Positions 35,201 through 47,387 of a stretch of 64,000 nt of DNA are shown piece by piece. Under the pieces are notes generated by a model that saw only the letters and a program-made list of their open reading frames with translations, had not been told where the DNA came from and did not search any database. This stretch comes from Raillietiella orientalis (Eukaryota). The stretch spans positions 62,001-126,000 of the forward strand of contig JAYWIR010000049.1 of assembly GCA_036172245.1 (NCBI GenBank). Reading direction: 5' to 3'. A program made the position numbers and the translations under genes. How positions within the stretch are numbered: the stretch's first letter is position 1; every line of letters begins with the position of its first letter.

Positions 35201-38200
35201 AAATCGAACGCCTTGTGGAGATCGACCGCGACCGCTAATGCACCTGGCGTTCCCTCCTGCCGTCGGCGCCTGTTCTTCTCGCCTGCGGCAGTGACTTTCT
35301 CAGCAGCCTGACTTTGCTGCGCCACAACTTCCTGCAGCAGCTTTCATGAACGCGCGAAAAGGATGTTCGCCTCCATGAATCGTCCCGGAACCGCGTAGGT
35401 TTGTTCCGGACTCACCACAGATTCCGCGAAACATCCTAGCCGCGCGACCCACAGCTTGGAAAAGAACTTGACGTCCGAGTTCACCAAGGTAATCGGACGC
35501 CAGTTGTTAAGCTGACGCAAGTCTCCGCCTTTCGGCAGGAGACGCACCTTCGCTGAGCGGAAGAAATCCGGGACATTCCCGGATTCACTCATCAGCGTCG
35601 CGAGTCTCAGCATCAAGGGAATAAGCTCCACGTCAAAGCGCTGATAAAACTCTCCAGGGAGTCCATCCTCGCCTGGCGCCTTTCGTCTCTTCAGCCCAGC
35701 GATGGCGGACGAAAATTCATCCGCCGTGAAGGGCCCGTTGAGACGTTCGCCATCCTCCTCGCCGACAACACGAGCATCCTGAGACAGGAGTATCTCAGAG
35801 AGAATATCCTCCGTCGGGGATTCCGCGTTCAGCGAGGAGTAGTAGCGTCTCACAATGCGGCGTACTTCGGCTGGGGCCGAACATTCCTGGCCCTTGCCGT
35901 CCAACAGGCATGCTGCTCCGGACTGCTAGACCTGGCCCTTGGCCCTCGCCTTGTACTCCGCTAGACGCCCGACATCCACGCGTCTCGAAAACGTGCGGAC
36001 CTGCACAGAGTCTCTACTGTCGGCCACGACCTCTCCGAAACCGCGTGGAAGCCGGTGCAAGGGGAATTGGCGGCAGAACTCGCGGACAGATCTTTTGAGA
36101 TCGTCCCAGTCCACAAGTTCTTGAATGGCAAAGCCTCGGAGGTGTCCACGTAGATGCTCCGCAGCCTCCGGTTGGCTCAGCCAATCCGCCTGCATCCTCC
36201 AGTTTTGCAACGGAGGCCCCCTGCCTGGCGGAAGGATCTCAAACACCAACCTGTTGTGGTCAGAAAGCCTAGTCAAAAATCTTCCTCTCCTACCCACACG
36301 CGAATGCAGGTTTTCATCGAGAAGAACGTGGTCGAGCGATATTTACTTCCCAGGTTCGTTGGCCATCAAGTTGGCGGCGTGCACGGACGCCCACATCTCG
36401 ATGGGCAGCGCGCGCTCCCTCGGGCGGCTCCAATCGTCGGAGAGCAGGCGGACGTTGAAGTCCCCAGCGACGAGAGGCGCCACTTGGAAGCCGGAGTTGT
36501 TGAGCCAGTGGCTCTGCCCCTCACCGAAGGAAGGTACTCTTTCTTCGAGGTAGCGAGAGCCACTCGGCGCGTAGACGTTCGTAACGACGAGATCGATGGA
36601 CTCGGACCACTTGATGACAAGCTGGCCTATCCGTCCGTCGTCGTCGAAACGAACACTACGCACTGCTTTCGCCATTTTTCCTCTTACGAGAAACGCGACG
36701 CCGCACGTGTTTGCTCCGCCGCACCGCCAATGTAGCATTCCGCCTGCGCTCTAGTCGATTTCGGAAATTACGTGAATCTCCTGCAGGAGCACGAGGTCGA
36801 AGGGTCGCAAGGCGTTGGCTACTTATCGCCTCTTCTCGTCGTTCTGTAGTCCGTTCACGTTCCAACACGTTACGGACAGACGACGAAAAGACGCGATTCC
36901 CCGCACTACTGTTGGGAAGGTGGCGGCTTTTCGCTCCCTTTATCCGGCGAGCAGACGGCGAGCAGCACGACTGGCTGGAGAAGACGGTCGCCACCTTCCT
37001 CCGTCGTGCTGCATGCATGTAATACCTCCACGCCAGGCTTAACCCCGTCGGGTTTCGTGTACACTTCGCGTTGCTTCGCGGCGAGCGTTGCCTGGCTGCT
37101 TACTTTCGATCGGCGCGCACACGCTTTTGAACGAGTTGTCCTCGTCTCGTTGATCGGAAGGGCATCCATTTCGGAGTCCGACCGGCGCATGTTCGATCGG
37201 GTTTCGGTCTTCCGCGAAGTAGTGACAGGTTCTGCTGGATTAACAGCTGTCCTGCTTTCGTTTTCCGTCACCAGAGCATCGCTTTTGGTGACGGCTGCTT
37301 TCCCGGCGCGCGCGTTCTCAGCGTGCTCACGCGCAGTTGCACGAGGGACCTTTGCTGAAGTCTTCTTTACTTCATTACGGTTCCTCACTTCGCGTGGCGC
37401 CGTAAATGGAGATTGTGCTCCATTGCCATCTTTGAAGCCATCTGCGTCTTTGGACGGGAGCACTTTCGATGGCTCCGACACAATCGTCATGGACGCTGCC
37501 TTCGGAAGGGCTTTTAATCCCTTCGTTGGCATGGCATCCGCGCCAGTCTAGAGCTTGCTCTCCGACTGCGACGGCGTGAGATTTTTCTCCGCTTTCGCGG
37601 TGTTGGATTCCGACGCGGATTCTTTTTGCCGACTTTCGAAGTCGACATGGCACAAACCTTCTTAGCCGATTTCAGCTTCTCAGCCACTGCAGGAGGTGAA
37701 GGAATGGATCTGACGGTACTGGAAGTGTCCTTACCGCCGTTGTCCATTGGCGTCGCCGCCGGTTGCTCGAACTCCGAGAGAGCTGGGCGTGCTTGGGAAG
37801 GACAGCTATTGCGCCTAGGGGGACTTACCATTGCCCCGGATTCCCCGCACTCTTTCTTTTGCGGCTTCCCTGCCGCGAGCAGGGGCGCGCAGGGCTTCGC
37901 GTGCGAGGTTTCCTGCTGCTTTGGGGCGACATTCCGCCTCGCGTTTTTACGGAATTTCTGCCGTGATGTCTCCAGGTTTTTCGCAGATTTTTTCTTTTTA
38001 TCCGCGCTTTGTTTTTTAAGATGGAGCTCCGCGGCTGCCTTTTTCCGCAAAAGATCCGGGCAATTTTTCAATTGGTGCCCAGATAGTTTGCAATAACGGC
38101 ATTTTCCAGAGGGGCATTTATCCAAACAATGCCCCTCCTTCCCGCCTTGCTCGCACGTTCTTTTTTGCCCACGTACCACAGGTGAACGACCGTGTCTTTC

Positions 38201-38902
38201 ACCTGTAGTTTGGTGGGCAGCAGACGGCGGTCCGGCATTGTAAGCCGGACTCCAGGGACTCCGCTGTGTATGGACGGGAAGTCCTTGAGGTTGCTACGCA
38301 CCCTCCACAGCGCATGGACCGTGGCGAATTTCGCCAACGCGTTTCGAATATCAATATCCGAGATTTCCGACTCGATGTCGAAGATCTCCGCCACAAATGA
38401 GTCGTTCATGGCGGCCGGAAAGACCTACTGGCCACGGATCGACAACGGGGTGCTCAGCAAGCGTTGCACAAGTGCAGCGTCTTTGCAACGCACCTTGAAA
38501 TAGCCCATAGCCTTATCGGGCATAATGGCGAGGATGTCCTCCTCCCGCACGCGAACACGGGTCAGTTCATCGTTGAACTGATTCCCGTCGCGCGCAGAAA
38601 GAAAACCACTCACCTTATATCGGAGAGCAGGTCTATAGCCTTGGGCTACGTATGCTCGCAACTCCGACTCGTCGAGTGGTTTCCCTTTGACAGCTGCTGT
38701 GGCAGCAACGTCAGGAAAACTCGTCTCCATTTGCGAGAAAGACGAAGTGGAGGCGGCCGTCGGTTCCGCGATTGCAGATCCAGATGCTGTTCCTCTAACT
38801 ACAGTAGCTTACTGTTGGGTCAACATCGTCGTCAAAATGTACGACACCAAGATAAAGCGGATGAAAGCACGGAGACGAGAGCGAAGAAAAACACGTCCGC
38901 AC
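35201..38902 (-). mobile_element. Lineage-G element, 5' part (ORF1 ~38826-36906, EN, RT N-part)
   Basis: GTGCGGACGTG at 38892-38902; CRYCKLSGHQLKNC; NVYAP, GDFN, SDH, NWRPIT, ending at AVDLHKAFD. Confidence 0.85.
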
Positions 38903-41224
38903 TCGATTGAAATCTCCCGTTATCAGCTGAGCGTTCCGCACGTTCGTGTCTGCCAGCCAGTCACGCTTTAGGGATTCCGGCAAGCTGGTGCGGTCGCTGT
39001 ATCTCTGTTTACCGCTGGGTGTGTACACATTCGTGACGATCAGTTCGAGCGAGTCGGATTAGCTGAGAATTAGCTGACCGACCCGAACGTCGTCATCGAA
39101 GCGCACGCCCTTCACGGCAGCGTCAATGGCCGGCTTCACGAAGAACGCGACCCCGCAGATGTTTCGGAGGCCGCACCGCCAATACAACCGGCCTCCCGCG
39201 ATCGTCTCGATCTCCTGGGCGTCTGCCGCGGTGATTACGTGGATCTCCTGCAGCAGGGCCAGGTCGAGCTCACGCAGGGTGTCGGCCGTATCTCGCCTGT
39301 TACTGTCGTCGCGCAGCCCGTTGACGTTCCAACAGGCGGCGCGAATCCGACGGCGACTGGCGAGCCCAGGTGTTACCTCTAGCAAGATGGCTATGCGGCG
39401 TCCGCCACCTGTTGGGGCGGGATGCTAGGTGGAAGAGAAGGGCCAGGCGCTGCATGCACCTGGTTCATCTCCTTCATGGGTAACGGTGCTTCGAGCGGGT
39501 CACCCTCAGGTGGGGTGGCGCCCACCTGTTGGCCCTCCTCCATGTGGGTGGGCTGTTCAGGCTCGGCGACTGCATGCAGGACTTCGCTCCCCCGCTCACC
39601 CTCCTCCATGGGAGTGGCCGGCTCGACGGCTTCGAGCGTGTGAGTTCCCCCTCCGGAATTCCCACGCTAACGCTACCTTCCTGCTTCTTTTCCTCGTTGG
39701 TGGAGGGGAGGCACCTCTTGGGTTTCTGGGACTTGCGTCCCGACATTCCTGGGGGGTGCCTCCAAGGAGGAGAATGCGCTTCCGGCCCCCAGGTCCAACT
39801 TACCTGTGGGGGCCTTTTTCGCGGGAGCCGGACTTCGCACGGCCTTGCGCGAGGGGTTCTCACGCGCGGCCAGCGTGGCCGCGAGCTCCTCCGCCGCCTG
39901 AGCGAACGCGGCGTCCTCGGCTTCGACCGCCGCTATTTCGCGCGGCTCACTTTTTGTGTAAACAGAGGGTTCGCCGTTGCGAACCTCGGGCGCGGCGGAA
40001 ACGGCGAGGGAAGGCTCGTCTCCCGTGTGGCAGTCTCGGGAACGGCTATGCGCTCCAGTTCCACCGTACAATCCCGCATGGACTTGGAGCGCGGCCCAGG
40101 ATTTTTCGCCTTGCCTGCTGCCTTTTTTTCCGCTTTCGCGGGTTCCGCGGGGGAACCTCTTTCTCCTTCCTGGCTTTGACCAGCTGCCAGCCGTCTTTTA
40201 CTTCCGCGTCTTCGGAAGGTTTTTTTTCCTACGCCTGTGTGGGAGGTACAGGGACTATCGGCTGCTGCCGGCTAGTATCTCTTTTTGGTCTTTCGACCAA
40301 TGTTCCGCGTTTTGCATGTGCTTTCTTTGCAGCAGGCGGCATCGAAGTGGTGCGTTTAGGGCATACGCGGCGCACGTGGCCCTTCTCCACGCAAACGTGG
40401 CACACAATGTTCGGGCACCGCTTGCGCAAGTGTCCTACTGCATTGCAGTAGCCAAAGAAGCGGGATTTCCCCACGTACCATAGGTCTACGATTTCGTCAT
40501 TGACCTCTAGTTTGTGGGGAAGCCCACTCTGTTTCACCGTCACGCGCGCGGCGGCCTGCCCTCCGAAAAGGCTATCGTAGCCCTCGAAGATTGTGGCCTT
40601 TGGCCATAGCGCGTGAACATCGCCATATTTTCTTAACTAATCACCAACCGCAGACCGCGTCATGCGGCTGGTGATCCCTGTCAGATGGACCACTACGGAG
40701 CGGTCCATCGTGACTGGTAGGATCTTGCGTCCGTCCACGTTCAGCGGGGTGGTTATCAAGCTTTGCGCCAAGGTGATGTCCTTGCAGACAACCTCGATGC
40801 GCTGTCCCCCGCTCAGCACGAACAGGCCGTCAAGATCTTGTTCTTTTACTCCGGCATTTTGCAGCGCCCTCAAAAAAGCGCGTGTAGTTCGCCCGTCAAA
40901 GAGATTGCCTACCTGGTACACCAGGCTGGGTTTGTACCCAGCTGCACGGTAGGCTGCCATCTCGGCCATGGTTTCCGCGTTCGGCGCGGCCACCATGGCG
41001 CTCCATCTCCTCGCCTTGGGTTGCGAGGGAGATTTCGGGGCGGGCGCTTCTCATTCTGTAAGCTGTGGGGGTGGGTAAGCCTCTCTCACAACTACCTTCA
41101 TCGCGGTGTCCTCAGGCATCGCTGACATCGGACACCAACGATGTTCCACACGAACACACACAAATAAAAAACCGCTCCATGTCGACTCACTCGGGAGCAA
41201 AGGAAAAACACGTCCACTCGCCAA
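38903..41224 (-). mobile_element. Lineage-B element B4, 5' part (ORF1 plus EN up to GDFN)
   Basis: Close homolog of 50135-52455; GGACGTG at 41209-41215. Confidence 0.88.
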
Positions 41225-41238
41225 GGGAGTCGGCGTAG

Positions 41239-43596
41239 TCACCCGGGTACGCCCGAGGCGTTTATTAATAAACTCTACATGCGTGGTACAAAGCCCCTTC
41301 ACGGCCGTAAACACAGGACCTGTCGGGACAGCGGGACGCAGCCCGGCGTGGCACTCCCCGACAGCGAAGGGGGATGGGGATAAGACAAAAAGAAAAAATA
41401 AAAAGAAACAAACAAAAAGAATTTGTAGGGCAGGGAAGGGATCACTGGTCGCTGTGAGGAGGGGCCATCCGTCGAACGAAGCCCTCGAGGTCAGTCTGCA
41501 TATTCCCCAGTTGGAACCATCTGGCAGCTCTTCGCAAGAAGCTTTGGGCGTACAACATGACATCCCTCGCCTGTCGACCCACTCCTTCGTTGTTGGCGTC
41601 GCTGCATGCCGCCACGATGCCACGGACCCAGCACAAGGCTGCGATGGCTGCGGCTGGCTGCAGTGCGTCCTTCACGAAGAGGGGCCGAAAAACGTCGCTG
41701 GGGGTGCTGCCCGTAGGGAGCCCAAGGGTCGTCCCGAACCGTTCCCAAAAGGGTCCCAGGGCAGCACAATCCACAATAAGGTGGGGAAGCGACTACCGCT
41801 CCCCGCACCTGCCACACGCAGGATACACAGCTCCCCTCGTCCAGTGGAAGCGGCGCGCGTTGCAGGGTAGACCCCAGTGCAACAAAAGCAACGCCGACTC
41901 TTGCCACTTGAGGGGAAGGATCCTGGATTCCTTCATCACCGGGGGCCACTTTAGCTCATCCCTGGGTATGGCGAACAGCTCGCCCCATCTTAATAATCCT
42001 CGCTGCTGGACGCTCGGGGTCGTGGCGTAGGCCAGTTCTCCTGTTGTCCAGCCGCTGATCAACTTCTCGCGTCCCTCGATGCAGCAGGAGACTTGCCACC
42101 TTGGCGTCCGGGTGCTGTGAAGTGCCCTCCTTACGAAGGGCAGCGCCGTAGCTGGGCAGGTCGTCTCTGCACACGTGCATCTTGCTGGACTCTCCAGGAG
42201 ATACCGCAGCGTGCAGCGGGCGTAGGGGCTGCATCGGGACGATTCCACTTCTCTTGGATTCTCTGGTTAACCACTGCCCACGTTCCAATATTCTCCTCCA
42301 GCCAGGCGGGGGAGTTGGCGGGGCAGCAAACCATCCAGCTGTTCTCCTTGGCCAATGTTGCCATGCGCTTGAGGAGTAAGCCGCATCCTCGCATCTTTCG
42401 GCAACGGCTCAGAAGAAAGGACGCGAGTCCATCGCACCGGGGCACACGGCTGGCCAGGAGGCGGGCCCTCGTGCACCAAGGGGTGCTCCACATCTTCGCT
42501 GCGATGGCAAGGGTTCGCCACCGCAGCTGCTTTTTCACGCGCTCCAGCGTCAGGAGGCCAAGACCGCCGTCCCGACGCGGAGCGCACAAGTCCTTCAGTG
42601 GGACTCGGGGCTTCCCCTTGCCACAAAGGTTGATACGGAGGAGGTCCTTCGTCCTCTTCTTGGATTCCAAGGTGGGGGTGCGAACAAAAACAAAGGGCGG
42701 TGGATGGGGGCCGAGAAGGTGTTCCAAACCGCGGCCCGTTCCGGCAAGTGAAACTTGCCTTCCAGGAACGGGCCGATCGCTGCCTCGACTTTTTGGAGCC
42801 AGCTGGACCACGCTTCCGCAGGGGAGTAGTCCCCAAACGGCACACCAAGGTTCTTGAAGCACCTCGCCGAGGGGATCCTTAGACGGAACCAGTCCTGCTG
42901 TCCTGCCCAAGCCACACCTATTGGCACAACCGACGACTTCTCCCTGTTAACCTGCAGTCCGGTCCCGCGGCTGAGCAGAACGAAGAAGTCTCCGACCGCC
43001 TTAGCCGGGGAGGACATTGGCAACAAGAGCAGAAGATCATCAGCGTACGCTGCAACGGCGGACGTGCCGGGGCAGAAGCTCGGCAATGGGGCGAGGGTCA
43101 CCCTGTACGCTCTCAGCACCAACTCAAAGTAGGTGCTGAAGAGCAGGGAGCTGAGGCTATCGCCCTGCCTTATGCCCCGCCGCCCCGGCATGCCATGCAC
43201 CTTGTGACCGCTGAATGAGACGGTAATTATCGCATTCCGCCAGCAAGAGCGCAGGTAGGAAATCAGGAAGGGTAAAATGCCCATGCGACCCAGGAGCTCC
43301 AAGAGTAGTTACTGGTCTACACAGTCTAACGCTTTGTGGAGATCGACTGCGAGCGCTATAGCCGCCTTATCCGCCCGAGATTTCCTTCCCAGCCCGGCTG
43401 GCGGCCCCAATGTGGGGTTGCCGACCTTCCCTATCCCTTTCTTCTCTCTTCTCTGCAGGTGCACCTATGTGCATGCGAAGAAGTGGTTGGCATCCATACT
43501 TCGCCCGGGAACAGCATAAGTCTGCTCCGGGCTAATTATGGAATTGGACACCTGCCCCAAACGCGACGCATACAGCCCGGCAATCAACTTGGCGTC
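41239..43596 (-). mobile_element. Lineage-B element B5, 3' part, head-to-tail with B4, cut at DAKL
   Basis: QGDSLS, YADD; terminus at 41239-41266; begins at GAC GCC AAG TTG. Confidence 0.85.
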
Positions 43597-46500
43597 CGAG
43601 CTGTCCGACCATCGCCCGCTGGTCCTCGTAGTGCATCTGCGCGACAGAGGACCCCCTCGTCAGCGTGGCGTCTACCAAGGGACTAAGTGAAGCTCCCGGA
43701 CTCGGCGGAACTCCTCCGCACGTTCATACGGAGCTTGAGGCTGTGGACACTCCAGGATTACGACCGCTTCAAGTGGTCGGTCCAGGAGTTCTGCGACAAG
43801 TTCCCTCTGCACCGCCTACCTACGGGTTTTGAGACCGTGAACTTTAACGAACTTGCGTACCTGCAGGCCCGTCGTTACGCCAGGACCCCCGACATGCGCA
43901 GGCTAGCGGAACACAAAGCGAAAGCACAGAACCAAGCCTGGCAGTCCGGATCGGCCAGCTTGCTGGACGATCAGGGCCAGGAGCACTCGGCACCCGCCCA
44001 AATCCGCGGCCTGCTGCCGAGTTACTACTCCTCCCTGTATGCCAGGGCACCTCCGGAGAGGAACATCTCACGACTCCTGCTTCCAAAAGGCGCTCGAGCG
44101 ATCGGGGAGAGGCCGAGAAAGACCGTCGACCAGCCTTTCACGATGGACGAGATCGTCTCGGCCATCGGAAAGCTCAAGAGGCGCAAGGCTCCAGGGAAGG
44201 ACGGCCTGCCCGCGGAGTTTTACCAAACCTTCGCGGCTGAGTTTACCCCCCTGGTACAGCAACTCACCTTGCTGATAGGCGAAACAGGTGACGTTCCCGC
44301 CTTGTTTCGTTCGGCAAAGGTGCGGCTCCTCCCTAATGAAGGAGATCTGAGGAGTATGAACAACTAGCGTCCCATCACAATAGTGAATGCGGACGTCAGG
44401 TAGCTAGCTAAGGTTTGGGCAGAGAGGTTGTGACGGGTTACCAACATCTTCATCAGCTTGGAACAGACATATGCTGTTCCCGGGCGAAGCATGGAGGCAA
44501 ACCTGTTCCACGCTTCCACTTGGCTAGAGCTCCTACATGAAAGGAGCTTGGGGTGCAGCCAGAATTCCGGTGCGTACGCCGGCAAGACGTTGGATGGTCG
44601 GGTTGGGGAGGGAGCCCCTGCGGTCGCAATCGACTTGCGGAAAGCGTTCTCTTGCGTCGACAAGACTCTCCTTCTGTAGCATTTGGAAAGCTTGGGCTTC
44701 CCGGCCTCATTAGTGACCTATCTGCGCTCCTGCTGGCGCGATGCGCTCATCAATGTTACTTTCAGTGGGCAGACCGTGCACGGCGTGCCGGTGCGGCGTG
44801 GGATATAACAGGGAGACATCCTTAGCCCTTTGCACTTCAGTACCTACTTTATGTTGGTACTGAGAGCGTACAGGGGAACTCTGGCGCACCTGCCGCTCGA
44901 CTGTGCCGGTACGCCGGCCGTTTCAGCGTACGCGGACGACCTTCTGCTGCTGCTCCCTATGTCCACCCCGGCTTTTTGGGGAACTGGACTTACGGTGAAA
45001 TGGGCGAAGTCGTCCGTGATGCCAGTTGGTGCGACGTGGGCAGGGCAGCAGGACTGGGTCCGTCTGGAGATCCCCACGGTGAGGTACTTCAAGTACCTCG
45101 GTGTGCCGTTGTGGGACAACTTCCCTGCGGAAGCGTGGTCCTGCTGCCTCAAAAAAGTAGAGACGGCGATCGGCCCGTTCCGAGGCGGCAGGTTTTTCCT
45201 CCCTGAAAGGGCCGCGGTATGGAACACGTTGGCGGCTTCTCTCCCGCATCCTGCTTTTTGTTTCACCCCCGCAGAGAGAATTCAAAAGCGGAAAAAGGAC
45301 CTCCTTCGTATCGCCCTTTGGGGCAACGAGAGGGCCCACGTCCGCTTAAAGGACTTGTGCGCTCCTCTTTGGGACAGGGGTCTGGGCCTCCTGACGCTGG
45401 AACGGCTAAAGCTTCAGCTCCTGTTCCGATTGTCGGCACTAGTTCCAGAGTTGTGGTGCACCAGTTGGTGCGTCCCTGCACGTCTCCTTTTCCAGCATGC
45501 CACCGGCAAGACGAGACTGACCTCGTTTCTTGCACTCCGTCGCTGCGTCAGCCGATGCAGACTTCAGGTACGGATGGTGGCTGCGCTGTCACGGAAAAAC
45601 CCAGGATTGGTCACCTTTCGTCCTTTGAACGGTAGTGCCTGGTTGCAGGAAACCGTTCCAACGTGGTTACAGTTCGGCATGAAACGCTTTGAACAGGAGC
45701 GAAGGTTCCTATTTGGGGGTCGCAAAAGTTGCACGCTTTGCGACTTCCTGGAGGATCCAAAGAAAAGAGCGTGGGCAGGAAGAATCTCCATCGCTGCTGC
45801 GCTGCCCTACCTAATGGAAGATCTGGACAGCAATGTTGCAACAAAGTGTGAGGTTACAGTAACAATCTCCGGAAAGGAGAAGAAGATAGGAGAGTGGAAG
45901 ACGGGCCAGTTAACAGACGCTGGGACCCCGAGTACGCCTTCCAATGGACCTCTACGCTGGGGCGCGCTGCTCGACGTTCCCATTGAACGTTTTAAGGGGA
46001 TCCCGGTACTAATAAACACCTCCACCCTTCCCTTAAAATGGCAAAAGTCGGCTCTCCTGTTGCAGCACTGGGGACTGCTGTGCAACGCCCGCCGAAACCA
46101 CTGGACCTGGGGAGCGGTAGACCCCAATTTCGTCAGGTGTGGTGAACGGGAGTCCTTCCCCCACCTGCTAGTGGATTGTGTTGCCCTTCGGCCTTTTTGC
46201 TTTCGCTTTGCCGCGACCATCGGAATCCCCTGCGGCAACCCCAGGGACGCACTGAAAGCTTTCTTCGTTGCCGACGCCCTTCGGCCAGCGGCCTCGTTAG
46301 AAGGTTCGTGCTGCCTACGCGCGATCGTCAGTGCTTAAAGCAAGGATACGGGAGGACAACGCAACCAGGGTGCCATCCAGCCAGCCTCCCAGTTCCTGAG
46401 GAGAGCGTCGCGATGGCCCCTTCTAGATCCAAACATGCAGCAAGAGCTTGATGGCATCCTGCAAAGGATGCAACGACCCCACCAGCAACTGTGATCCCTT

Positions 46501-46710
46501 CCCGTACCCTCCCAGTGTTTTCCTTTCTTTTTGTTTTGTTTTTTGTTTTTTCCCTCTTCCCCCTGCTGCTGTGGTGGACCGTACCGGTCTGCGGACCGGT
46601 GACCCGGCAGGCTCTGTGTTTTTTCGGGAGTGGCTGTAGCAATGGACCAGTCACTGTACGTCTTTGTGAATGTTTATCTTAAAATAAACGCCCCGGCGAA
46701 ATCCGGGTGA
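43597..46710 (+). mobile_element. Lineage-A element A4, lacking its 5' part (starts at EN SDH)
   Basis: ORFs 43687-44367 and 44830-46338 (YADD); terminus at 46683-46710. Confidence 0.88.
46683..46710 (+). terminator. Representative conserved 3' terminal signal: AATAAA plus CCCGG-loop-CCGGG-TGA
   Basis: 13 copies, one at each intact 3' end. The function is inferred. Confidence 0.7.
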
Positions 46711-47372
46711 AAATCGAACGCCTTGTGGAGATCGACCGCTACCGCTAAGGCAACCGGCGCTTCTTCAGGCCAAATGCAACGACGCCTAGCTCTGGCAGCC
46801 GCAAATGCGGTTGCCTGGCATTCGTGCTCCACGCAACGTTGCAGCTCGAGCCACGTGCGCGCGAATAACAGATTCGCCTCCATAGAACGCTCGGGAAAAG
46901 CGCAAGACTGCTCCGGACTTACCACGGATCCAGCGATCCTGCCAAGGCGCGGGAGCCACATCCTAAAGAACAACTTGACGTCCTCATTCACCAAGGCGAT
47001 GGGGCGCCAGTTGCTTAAATGGCGCATGTCTCCGCCTTTCGGCAAGAGACGCACCTTTGCTGGGCGAAACGAGGCCGGCACATTGCTCGTCTCTCGCATC
47101 AGCGCAGAAAGCCTAAGCACCAGGGGGATGAGTTCCGAGGCGAAGCACTGGATGAATTCCGCAGGCAGACCATCCTCACCTGGCACCTTGCGCTTCTTTA
47201 GGCCCGCTATGGCAGAAGACACTAGTTCCGACGTGAAGAGCAAGTCAAGAGTGGCGCGTTCCTCTTCGTCGTCAGCAGGGGAATTTGCCGGCAGAAGCAG
47301 CTTCGAGAGACAGCGTTCCGTCGGCTCCCTTGCATACAACGAGGAGTAGTAGCGCCTTAGCAGGCGGCGAAC
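46711..47372 (-). pseudogene. Lineage-E ORF2 fragment (E2), between the VRR and KAFD sites
   Basis: ORF 46674-47441 is homologous to 59510-60172. Confidence 0.85.
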
Positions 47373-47387
47373 GGCGGACGTTGAGTA

